Assembly: GCA_951406725.2 (NCBI GenBank)
Contig: OX597814.1
Coordinates: 225,556,001-225,620,000, forward strand
DNA from: Octopus vulgaris
Lineage: Eukaryota
DNA length: 64,000 nt
Direction: 5' to 3'
Below are positions 24,669 through 36,144 of this stretch, piece by piece. Both the position numbers and the translations under genes were made by a program. Each line of letters opens with the position of its first letter. Position 1 is the stretch's first letter. The notes beneath the pieces are model-generated. The model was not told where the DNA came from and made no database searches. It saw nothing but the letters and a program-made list of their open reading frames with translations.

Positions 24669-25879
24669 ATTGGGTCTAAAAAATGAATGCGGTGGTTGGG
24701 ACGGTAGCTATTATATAGTTGTTCTTTGTTGATGTGGGGTCTCCTGTTGTGATTTATGGTGTGTGTTCTTGGAGCAGTATTGAGGAGAGCATCCCGATAT
24801 CCCATATTCGGGTGTGGTGTTCTAGGGGGCCTTCGTTGGTAATCATTGTAAGTGGAGTGGGTTTGTTGTGCATGGTTGTTTAACCGGTTTATGGGGCGGA
24901 GATTTCGTTGGTAACTCTTTTGGGTGGGGATAAGGTTGCACTGTCTATGCTGTGGGTGTTGATTTATCCTTTCTCTGCTTGAAGTGGGGGTATTCCTGAT
25001 ATTGTAACGCTGGCTGCTTAAAGAGTTAGGGTTAGGTCCTGTATTCTTTTTTTGAAAGTAGTGAAGGTTCCGATTTTTAGACAGGTGTGTATCGGTGTTT
25101 GGGTGTTGTTTTGGTTTTCTTATTTTCTGGAAAGGGTTGTTGGAGGCGTGCTCTGTTTGAAAGACGGCTTCATAGTCTGAGAACCAAATGGCGTTTTTCT
25201 CCCAGCGTTGGAGAGATTTTAGTTCTTCTTTTTCACAGTCCTCTTTCCATAGTTTGGAGAACTTCTCTTGATCTGGGCCTTGGGTCATTTTGCGAATTTC
25301 TTCCTTGATATCTTCATCGGTGGATTTTATTTTATCCTCATTCGTTTGGGCCCTCAATTTCAGAAGTTCTATTTCCATTTTCATTTTTTCCAGTGCCATT
25401 CTCTCCCTGAGGTGTCTTTGTGTTTCAGGTTCCTCTGTAATAGCTTTGAACTGGAATTTACGTGGGAGGATTAACGGGGTCCGGTTGAGCCATTTTTCGT
25501 ATATATCCGCTTTGTTGTTGTTTTGGATCATCTTCCAAAAGGCGAACTTTCTATCTCTGAGTGATTTGTTCCATTGTGGTATTATGTGTTGTTTCATTTG
25601 GTATGTTGTTAGAGTATTGATCCCATATATTGACGCGTTTGGAGGTCCTTGGTTAGCGTTGTTAGAGAAAAATGTTCTAATTGTTTCGCATAAGTTTCCA
25701 AGGTTTTCGACAATTTCGGAGGTTGTATTTTTCGTATCTGTTTCCTCATTGTTCTCTCGATTGGGTTGATGTGTCGAGTCGAATTTGTTCAAAAATGTTG
25801 ACAAATTTGTGTTGATTTTCTTGAGTTCTTTCAGTATTTCTTCATTTATGGAGGCGATTGTGTCTGTTTTTGTCGGCAT
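24644..25879 (-). CDS. PLE upstream ORF1 (about 411 aa; charged helical/coiled-coil-like middle, basic disordered C-terminus)
   Basis: Uninterrupted ORF inside the element between the 5' pLTR and RT; first ATG at 25879; overlaps the RT ORF. Confidence 0.8.
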   Translation of the reverse strand: MPTKTDTIASINEEILKELKKINTNLSTFLNKFDSTHQPNRENNEETDTKNTTSEIVENLGNLCETIRTFFSNNANQGPPNASIYGINTLTTYQMKQHIIPQWNKSLRDRKFAFWKMIQNNNKADIYEKWLNRTPLILPRKFQFKAITEEPETQRHLRERMALEKMKMEIELLKLRAQTNEDKIKSTDEDIKEEIRKMTQGPDQEKFSKLWKEDCEKEELKSLQRWEKNAIWFSDYEAVFQTEHASNNPFQKIRKPKQHPNTDTHLSKNRNLHYFQKKNTGPNPNSLSSQRYNIRNTPTSSRERINQHPQHRQCNLIPTQKSYQRNLRPINRLNNHAQQTHSTYNDYQRRPPRTPHPNMGYRDALLNTAPRTHTINHNRRPHINKEQLYNSYRPNHRIHFLDPICKHRDTR

Positions 25880-25999
25880 TTTCTGTATCTCGTGTGGGTT
25901 AATGATATGTATAAGGGTGGAAAGGAACACACGAGTTGATATATATGAAAAAACAAGTCAAAAATAGAAAATGCTACGATAATTTTATAGTGAATTTTT

Positions 26000-26037
26000 C
26001 AGTACCGGTTTCGGTCATTTTGAGACCTTTTCAACTG
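26000..26037 (-). ncRNA. Minimal hammerhead (U3-A8 core) in the 5' pLTR
   Basis: Identical to 21651-21688. Confidence 0.72.
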
Positions 26038-27187
26038 TAACGATTAAATAATTAAATTTAGAAAAATTAGAAGAAAAGTTTTTTTAAAAGAATATTTCTG
26101 TAGTAGTGTTCAGATATAAGTAGCATTCTGCCTTTCTCTGACTCCCTTGTTTGCACTTGTGTGTTCGAGGTCGTTTTGAGTTCTTGGTAGGATAGGTGAA
26201 GAATAAGGAGGCTGATGTGGAGAGGGGGTGGGGAAATCTGGGAATGCCTTAATGGTCGTATTTTGAATGGTCAGTGGCTGACAGTAGTCGCAGTTCAATT
26301 CAGGAATTGTTTGCGTAAACGAATGGCCCTGCACAGATCCCAGATAAAAATTCCCCAAAACAGAAAAATAGCTTTTAGCCAACACATAGATACTTGCGCC
26401 AACAAAAAAACACCAAACTTCAGGATTTTCCCCTCTACCAATTTAGGGACGATACAACCTCGAGACAACGAATAAGTAAAGAAAATCTCTTTATTACAAA
26501 ATACAAGCCACTTCTTAACGGGTCTACGACAAACAATTAATATACCTCAACTTTAGAATAAAAGAAATATATACACACACAAATATTACACTCCATAGAA
26601 TCCATTACTAATCAGCCCCATCACAGCTATACTTTCACCCATTCATATTCTCCCTTCTCTGTTTTTTTCTTCTTCTTCTCCCTCTTCTTCTTCATCATCA
26701 TCATTATCATCATCATCGTCGTCATCATCATCATCACCACCATCATCACCACCATCTTCTTCTTCTTCTTCTTCTTCTTCTTCTTCTTCTTCTTCTTCTT
26801 CTTCATCATCATCATCATCAACATCGTCATCTTCTTCTTCTTCTACTTCTCCACCTTCCACCCCTTAACCTTGTCACTAATGTCTTTCAGTATAACGCCT
26901 ACGCAAATTCCATAAACAATTCCTGAATTGAACTGCGACTACTGTCAGCCACTGACCATTCAAAATACGACCATTAAGGCATTCCCAGATTTCCCCACCC
27001 CCTCTCCACATCAGCTCCTTATTCTTCACCTATCCTACCAAGAACTCAAAACGACCTCGAACACACAAGTGCAAACAAGGGAGTCAGAGAAAGGCAGAAT
27101 GCTACTTATATCTGAACACTACTACAGAAATATTCTTTTAAAAAAACTTTTCTTCTAATTTTTCTAAATTTAATTATTTAATCGTTA

Positions 27188-27225
27188 CAGTTGAAAAGGT
27201 CTCAAAATGACCGAAACCGGTACTG
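27188..27225 (+). ncRNA. Minimal hammerhead (U3-A8 core) in the inverted arm
   Basis: CAGTTGAAAAGGTCTCAAAATGACCGAAACCGGTACTG. Confidence 0.72.
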
Positions 27226-27507
27226 AAAGATTCACTATAAAATTATCTTAGCATTTTCTATTTTTGACTTGTTTTTTCATATATATATATATATATATAC
27301 ATATATACATATATACATACATATGATATATATACATACATATAATACATTCATGTATGGATGTATGTATGTAGGGATGTATGTATGCATGCAGGGATGT
27401 ATGTATGTATGTATGTATGTATGTATGCATGCATGCATGCATGTATGCATGCATGCATGCATGTATGTATGTATGTATGTATGTATGTATGTATGTATGC
27501 ATGCATG

Positions 27508-27775
27508 TATGGGAGACACTTGCTGCCGACCGCTCATCCTGGCGCAGCGCAATCACCACAGGAGCAGGGACAGCCGAGGAGGGACGGATTCGGTCAGCGG
27601 AGCAGAAACGCCAGATGCGGAAAGTAGCACGGCCCCTACCCACTTCTGCCCCACCTGTGGAAGGGGCTTCCTTGCCCGGATTGGCCTCACCAGCCACCTC
27701 CGGTCTCATAGCGGCAGTTCCACCAGATGATGTCAGTGGTCATCTTCGAACCCGAAGGACGAACATATATATATA
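27508..27775 (+). mobile_element. RTE (BovB-like) LINE 3' fragment with C2H2 finger
   Basis: WETLAADRSSWRSAI...; CPTCGRGFLARIGLTSHLRSH; embedded in (TATG)n. Confidence 0.85.
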
Positions 27776-27795
27776 TGCATATGTATGTATGTATG

Positions 27796-27829
<34 letters not shown>

Positions 27830-28329
27830 TGTATGTATGTATGTATGTATGTATGTATGTATACTTCACTTTTTAAATTTAGAGTAAATTTTGACCGGCC
27901 ACCTACTTGGTAATAAGGTTGTGAAGGAAAGTATCTTGTTTTAATCATCATCCTTTAAATCTTAAGAAGGTCTTGCAGATTTTTATAGTCCCAGATGTCA
28001 TGATCATTTGTAACATATGATTTAAGGGTTTGCATTCAAGGATATTCAGCTGCTATGTCTGACAAGTTGGACAAACACGTAATATCGTGGCCGCTCACTC
28101 GACCTATTTGAAAGAGTCGGAAAATATCCCTCAAGTAATACCCTGTCATCTTAAAAAGAGCACATTACACAATACAGTCTGAGACACAGTATCCCTGAAA
28201 ATAAGAAAGTAAAGAATTGAAAGACTTAGGATTTGCTTAACCAGAACTTGACTGATGGGCTACACAATAGCAAAACAGAAACAAAGTAAACGAAAGTATA
28301 ATACAACTCAATAGGACTAATAATTCTTT

Positions 28330-28750
28330 CTAATTCTTAGAACTAGGCCAGTAATTTTAAAGGGAGGTAAGATGGCTATACCAACTCTTGTATTAAATTG
28401 GTTCTTACTTGATCGACCCCGAAAGGATAAAAGACGAACTCAATCTCAGCTGTATTTAAACTCAGAAGGTAAAGTGCCGGAAGAAATGTTATGAAGAATT
28501 TGGAAGGAGTGATAATGATTCTGCCAGTTCACTTCATTTAACGGCTTCAAATTCTGGAACAGGGCCAGTAGCTTTGAGGAAAAGAAGTCGATTATATCGA
28601 ACCCCAGTACTTCACTGGTACTTATTTTATCAACCCCGAAAGGATGAAAGGCAAAGTCAAGCACAGTGGAATTAAACCTCAGAACGTAAAGATGGACGAA
28701 ATACCGCTATGCATTTTGTCCGCCAGCTGATTCTACCAGCTCACCTCGTT
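28330..28750 (-). mobile_element. Two degenerate family-E SINE-like copies
   Basis: CCCCGAAAGGAT.AAAG and ACTCAGAA/CTCAGAACGTA blocks occur twice. Confidence 0.65.
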
Positions 28751-29882
28751 TAGAATAAAACAAATAAGAAATTCTATAAAATGAAAGCAGAGTCAAAAGG
28801 TTCTTTAATGTTATTGTGCCAATCGTAGCATTCTAAACGAGAAAGAAAAGACGTATTCCATCTGTGATAGGAAACAAGGGCAATCGGAGAAGCTTCTTGA
28901 ACACTCATCACAGACATAAATGTGGAGCATCCATATATTGTTAAAAACAATTTCTTCCTAGTGCTAAAACTCTAACACTACTTTTGTGATGTGATGTGAT
29001 GTTGGAAATGTAATAAGGCTCGAGGTATAGGTTATAAACAAAAAGATAGACTTAAGTAAACATGGTGAACCCCTGAACTTTGAAAGTTGAAGTGAGAGTA
29101 AATATATATGTATGTTGAAAAGTGTAGAAGTAATGTCTGAAATAGCAGTAAGTTTTTGGCAGCAGTGATCGCAGTGAAATGAAAGGAAAACCGATTACTC
29201 CCCCTTCCTTCTTCCTCTCTGTCATAAGCAATCATTCATAAATTCCTGCAATGTGGAGGAATTTATTATTGAGATAATAAAAATGTCTAGAAGGTAAATA
29301 GAGTGTATGAATCTTTCCCTAACAGAAAACAGAAAGATATGAGAGAAATTACGAACCTTTCCTAAATGAAAACAGAAAAAACAATAATTTTTTCTGCATC
29401 TGGAATGGTTTAAGGTGAGAAAAACTAAAGTTCATCTTAATTAGTAACAAAAAAGAAAACCAAAGAGGGAGCTTCTACATAGTAACTAGTGACTAGATTT
29501 GCTAGAAATAGCAGCTTAAGTACCCTCAAATCATTACAGATCGTCTTAAATAAGGAACGGACAGCATGAATAATATACTCACTTCTACACATAAGTCTAA
29601 AAAGACGAGATAGTCACGACTAGAATGTCTTTTGGATTGTAAATGCGCTCGATCAGGGTTTGAGGTAGCGCTAAATAATAGGTTCTGACTTAGTCACAGG
29701 GCCAACAGTTTTGAGGGACAGGGGTTAGTAACATCGACTCTAGTACTAGACTTGTATTTTATTTTATCGACCTCGAAAGGATGAAAGGAAAAGTTGACCT
29801 CGGCCGAAATGGAACTCAGAGCATAAAAAGCCGAACGCTTTAAAGATTCTGCTGAGTAACAGTTTATACATATGTTATTAAG

Positions 29883-29939
<57 letters not shown>

Positions 29940-30462
29940 TATGATAAAAGAAGGGATTATTTCACATGTGTTTTGAGCGTGATGGGAAAGGTTATATAAC
30001 GTAAAGGTGATGCACAGAAATGAAAAATAATCTCAGAACAATACAAAAAGGAACCTTATGATTTTGAGGAATGTGGAAGCACCTCCTAACCACTATTCTT
30101 TCCAAATCTACTCTGACCTGCAGTAGTAGCACCTGCTAGAGTCTCACCTATGGTTTAATTAGGATATGAGCGCAGGGACGTTGAAATATTTGGGTTGGTG
30201 TCCGAGAGTGCAATATGCCTACTGTGAGTGAGGGAGCCGGGTCTGTTAAATCATCCCTCTAGGAGAAAGATAACTGTATAAAAAATCCGATGCTCTAGTG
30301 AGACGGATACAGTGTATTTTGCTTCTGTCTAGGTTCCTTACTATTGCTACTAATTGCCGTTGTCGCTTTGTGCAAGCCGCACCAGACTTAGAACCCATGC
30401 GTGGGCATTGCTGACGTTACCTGTCAGCGATGGTCATGCTCGTCTAACGAGTAGACAGCCTA

Positions 30463-30484
<22 letters not shown>

Positions 30485-30493
<9 letters not shown>

Positions 30494-32310
30494 ATATTAG
30501 GGAATAAATCCAAATTTACAGGGAAAAAATCAGATTTAGGATTGAATCCAATTTTATAGTAAAATATAATATAATATTAATTAGAGACAAAACCACTATT
30601 ATGCAAATCAAACAAAGAAAGACTTAATCCAATACATAAAAAATTTTATATAAATTAAATATAATTAAGATATCCACTACGATCGTTTCTTGTCACTTCT
30701 ATGGACATTCATCAGGTGGTTTCAAGACCTAAAATATAATCAATATTTTTAAGATATAAATTTGAAATGACTAATATATATAAAATATAAAATTATCAAT
30801 GAAAATATATATAATCAAGAACTAAAATAACCTCTATAAACGATTGTATATAATGAAACCTAGTATATTTAAATTCTCATATTTAAAGATGAAATAGCTA
30901 ATTTCAAAGAACAAAAAATAAAAAATATATATACACACATGCTCATACACATATATCCATGTATTTATATAAACATATCTAAATACATACACAAACTCAC
31001 ACACACATATATATATCTATACATACACATAAACATATAGACAAAGATAAATTTATAATGTAGCCGTATACTTCTACACATTACTTATTCATACTCCCAC
31101 ACACACACATACAATCACTCATTCATTCATAAACATATTCTCTCAACATGCTACTAACACAGAGGAAATATAACATCCAGTAGCCGCAGATACTCAACCA
31201 CAAACTTATAGAAATATTTCATTCTTAGTAAAATATTATTAAATGCTATATACTATATATATGTAATAACCATATATAAATACGTAGACAAACACACACA
31301 CATATATATATTCTATATACTATATGCATGTAATAAACATATATAAATACGTAGACAAACACACACACACGTATATATTTATACATACACAAATACATAA
31401 AGACAATATTTCTACACATTAATAATGCATACTCACACACACACACATACAATCATTCATACATAACCGTATTCACACAGCAATACTCTAACACAGAGGA
31501 GGGACAAATCCAGTAGACACAGATACTCAGCTACATACTTATAGGAATAATCCTTACTTAGTAATATATTATTAAAAAATACTATCATTACTATAAACAA
31601 ATTTATGAATGGGAATATTATCGTATATAAAATTATTCTATTATTAAACATAGCCTAAACCATTTTAAATCGAAACCTATCTATTTATCAAAGTTTGTCT
31701 AAATTATTTAATAACTAATAACAAAGAAAAATACGATAAATAGATCACTACATAAACAACAAGATTAACATAAGGAGAATATTATTATTCAAAGGCTTAT
31801 ACATATTAAAAATTACAATTTTTGGAGATCTTAAAATATACGTACCTTCTTTGCCAGTTTTAAACTATGAGTAAATTTGAATGACAAACGTCTTACAGCG
31901 TTTTAGAAATTACGTTATCAACAGAAATAGAATAAATTTTTAATAAATTCTTTGCGCGTGATGAACCAACGTTATTTAAAAATTATGAATGGAATAATAT
32001 GTTTATCATCGTAAATAGAATGAATTTACTAAAATATTCTTTAATAAAACAAGCATGATAAACAAACCCAAACAAAACAAATATAATGATCAAAACCACC
32101 CATTACCAGATACACAAGAACGAACCTATATAGCAATCCCCCCCCCATCTATACATTCACACATATATACACACACATATTTACACACACCCACACCCAT
32201 ATACATATACTCACTCTCACATACATATACATACGTACAATACTCGATATATACACCAATATATTCACACCCACACTCATACAAATAAATAAATAAATAC
32301 ATATACATCC

Positions 32311-32353
<43 letters not shown>

Positions 32354-32761
32354 TTATAAAATGAGATAGGGGTTGAAAATTCAACCCACCATGGGATAAT
32401 ATATATCCAATATACTGCTAGATAGGTACCCAACAAAATTAATACATAGATGTTAAAAATTGTCAAGCAATCAGTTCATCTATTGTATTAAATGGGTAAA
32501 GGTAATAATATTACCGTAAATTAATACTACAAAATTAGAGAATGGAGAAACATACTTAAATCAGTAAAACATCAACTATCCGATGATACTCAATCCATAC
32601 TTTAATACACCATTACATATGAGTAAAGGCAATATATAAAATGAAATGAGATATACAGTAATAGTAAAAAGATAAAGAGATATAAGTAAAAAATTTCAAA
32701 TATAATATACAAATAAATCAAAACTGACAGCTGTTTCGGCAGTGAGGACAGTCATACCTCA

Positions 32762-32804
<43 letters not shown>

Positions 32805-33861
32805 TCAAATACTCATATATATAAAAACACACACATTCACAAAAAAATAAGTATGAGTGTGTACACTCATACGAGTGCAAACGCGCGCACATGCAAGCAT
32901 GCATGTATACATATGCATACACAAGCACACGCATGTACATGTGCACGCATGCACACCCGCATCTACACATACACTAGTACACGCACACACGTGCACACAC
33001 GCACATGCACATGCATATTCACGGACACCCTCCCATACATCTATATATACGTATTTATGGCTACATCACAAACCTACCTAGAATAAATAAATCTGCCATG
33101 ATCACCATTCCCAAACTATAATACAAGGGGATTGGAAACATTCACAATATATAGGGGACAACCATCCAAATCCACCCCTATGCATTCAACATGTGGCTCA
33201 CATTCATCCAATTCAACCCGTATCAGGTTATACCCATATCAGCCATAAATTAATATTATAGAATAATATATGAATGTAAATAAACATATCTAAATACGTA
33301 CACATCCACATACACATATATATATATATATACATACACATATACATATAGACACAGATATAATAGTCATTAAAAAATAACCATGATAAATGAAACCTAC
33401 ATAAAAAATTAAATGACTAAAACCAACAATTATTAAATACACAATACAAATCTATATAACAATACCCCCACACTATAAACTATTTCCCACACCCCCACAT
33501 CCCAACCTAAGACTAATATTCATAACAAACCCATATACTACACAAAACATTTATAGTACAACCACACACACGCATACACAATATAATAAAATACCAAACA
33601 CACACATGCACATATACATATATACATATATACACATACACATACACATGCACAAATACGTATATACACACACACACATCTACATACATATACATATACA
33701 CATATACACATATATACTCACATACTTTCATATACATATATACACACACATGTACACACACCTACACCACACACATATACATACTCATACATACTTATAC
33801 ATACATACAATACTCGATATATACACCAATATATACACGCCCACACCATCCAAATAAATAA

Positions 33862-33907
<46 letters not shown>

Positions 33908-35082
33908 CAACAAATACTCATATATACAAACACACACATTCACATAAATTATAAATAAATATATATAAATGTCTATATACTACAATACATAATAGAGGTA
34001 AATAATAAAATAAAATAAATAAAATAAATCTAAAATAAATCTAAAATAAATAAAATTGTAACTTACCAGACTCAATATTCAATAAACAGTTATATTTAAT
34101 ATACATTAATAAGAAATTAATTAATACAATGAAAAACCATCTATAATCTAACTATAATTAAAACCTAAACTACATAACTAAAATAAATTATTATAAAAAT
34201 AAAAAGTACTCTAAACATTTAAAATTTATAATACTAGAACAAAACCTATAATAGGGAGCTATTTAATATTAATAAATAATTATTATTTATCATGAAACTT
34301 ATTATATAAGTAAAGTAACCTGTGTCTGCATTTTATTTTGCGCTCTTCACCTGTATTCAGTAAATTATCATACCTATAAATAAAATTTCCTTAAACTCAT
34401 TAGAGCACAAATAACAAAAATTCGCTCCTATAGTTTATGATTTAGTTTTACAAATTATTTCCCAAGATAAGTTATAATTAATATTTTGTGATTTAAGTCT
34501 CCAAATGTACTTGCTAAGTCCAGTGGAGTTGATTAAGTTTTTATTTTTAAAAGAATTCAGATGTTGTGCGATTCTTAATTTTATTTTAGAGGAAGTAGAC
34601 CCTATATAAATCGCTTTTGGGTAATTATTATTCTTAAAATTATTATCATGTAATGTAACTATACATTTATACACTACATCATTAATATCGCATTTATTAT
34701 TTAATTTACATTTAGATTTATCTCTACAAGTACAGTTAATATATGTCTTATCTTTATTATTAGTATTATTAAATAATTTATTTTTGTAAAAATTATTCAG
34801 TTTAAATTTGTTAAATGAAGAAATAATGTTACCTACATTATTAGTGGAATAACCTACTCCAAAATTATTACTAGAAAATAAGGTAAATAAGAATAAAATT
34901 TGGTTAATAGTTCCTTATGGTGATCAAGTTAAAACCAACATTATTAAAGAGATTTTAGATATTATCGAACTTTTTATTCGAGATAATCGTAAATATAAAA
35001 ACATTTTCTCTAGTAATAATTTTGGAGCAGGTTATTCCACCACTAATAATGTAGGTAACATTATTTCTTCATTTAACAAATT
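30485..35082 (-). mobile_element. Very AT-rich PLE remnant: GIY-YIG fragment (about 34300-34880), long microsatellite-laden 3' region, inverted 5' piece (about 34890-35082)
   Basis: IYIGSTSSKIKLRIAQHLNSF..TGLSKYIWRLK..CYLC..KCRH; 34805-34880 is inverted at 35003-35082. Linkage to the left boundary is inferred. Confidence 0.6.
30674..30719 (-). ncRNA. Minimal type I hammerhead ribozyme
   Basis: Minus strand: CCAC-CTGATGA-aTGTCcatagaagtGACAa-GAAA-CGATCG-TA-GTGG; palindromic stem III. Confidence 0.8.
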
Positions 35083-35530
35083 CTTTTCAATGATGAATGT
35101 TTCCTTGTTTAGTCTAATTAGACTAAACAAGGAAACATTCTTCATTGAAAAGTACAAGCCCAGACTTAACCATTCCAACATACTTATACAGAGAAATTCA
35201 CTCCAAAGGAAAGACAAAAAATTTTAAGCGATTATCTCCCTTACACCGGAAGAAATCACTTATTACCTCCCCTTATTTGGAACTCTTCTCAACATAAACA
35301 TAACGATAACTCTTCTCAACATAAACATAACGATGTAAGAAATTTGAAAAGCTGAACGCGAAACCGGTCATTTCTTCTAAACTATGTCGTTGTAAGAAGA
35401 AAATTGATAACATTCTTCAGACATATTGACTCAAATATATATTTTTTAACCTTTTAAAACAAGCCTTCTGTAGTTTTTTCACTTTTTACTATTTTCTATA
35501 TAGTCAACCACGTGCTTTCACAAACCAACT
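35083..35530 (+). mobile_element. Short PLE 3' fragment with a foldback 5' end
   Basis: RLNKETFFIEKYKPRLN (GIY-YIG C-terminus); 70-bp palindrome 35083-35152; hammerhead downstream. Confidence 0.7.
35337..35376 (+). ncRNA. Minimal hammerhead (U3-A8 core)
   Basis: AAGAAAT-TTGAAAA-GCtgaacGC-GAAA-CCGG-TC-ATTTCTT; 7-bp stem I, 2-bp stem II. Confidence 0.7.
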
Positions 35531-35536
35531 TTCTCA

Positions 35537-36144
35537 TCTATATATATATTATGCCACCGCATAACTTGACACTAAAACTGGATGCTTCCATTATGTTGCT
35601 TAGGAATCTTGACCCATCTCAACTCTGTAATGGAACTCGCTTAATTGTTACTTCCATGAAGCTCCATGTCCTGCAGGTAACAATCATAACAGGTAGTCAC
35701 AAAGAAATGTCTTTATTCCCAAAATTCCTCTCATACCTACAGATGTTCCATTTGAATAGAAGATGCTTCGGTTTCCAGTCAAACTAAGTTTTCTTATTTC
35801 AATTAACAAATCTCAGGGTCAATCCCTCAAGGTAGTTGCACTTGATCTCTCTGCCACAGGCTTCTCCCACAGCCAACTCTATGTTGTTTCCTCGCGAACT
35901 GGTAGCAGCAACAATTTATTCATTTCGAAACCAACTAAAAATTACACAATTAATATTGTTTACCCTGAGGTGCTTCAACATTGACAGATTTTCAGTTCGA
36001 AATTCTATAATCATTACGATTTAGATTTTTTTTTTTTTTTAATAAAACATAGATATTCTGAAATAATTATGAGAATATATCTTTATATTTATTGTTTAAG
36101 ATAAAAACAGTAGTAACCCGTGCAACACCGGGTCATTCACCTAG
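35537..36144 (+). mobile_element. Internally deleted Helitron retaining the Pif1-helicase C-terminus
   Basis: 5' TC, 3' CTAG, between A and T; subterminal hairpin CCCGTGCAACACCGGG; MLLRNLDP..LCNGTRL, INKSQGQSL, FSHSQLYV..SR. Confidence 0.9.

Larger units (their letters stand above)
21556..27286 (-). mobile_element. Near-intact Penelope-like element with direct pseudo-LTRs and an inverted 5' arm
   Basis: Direct repeat 21556-21963 / 25905-26312; 26309-27286 is the reverse complement of about 21590-22585; RT+GIY-YIG ORF; (TA)n on both sides. Confidence 0.95.

Noticed and set aside
32722-32765. Hammerhead on - strand (GCCGAAACAGCTGTCAG)
   Set aside because: Only the 3' half is intact; the core reads TAAATGA and stem I is lost.
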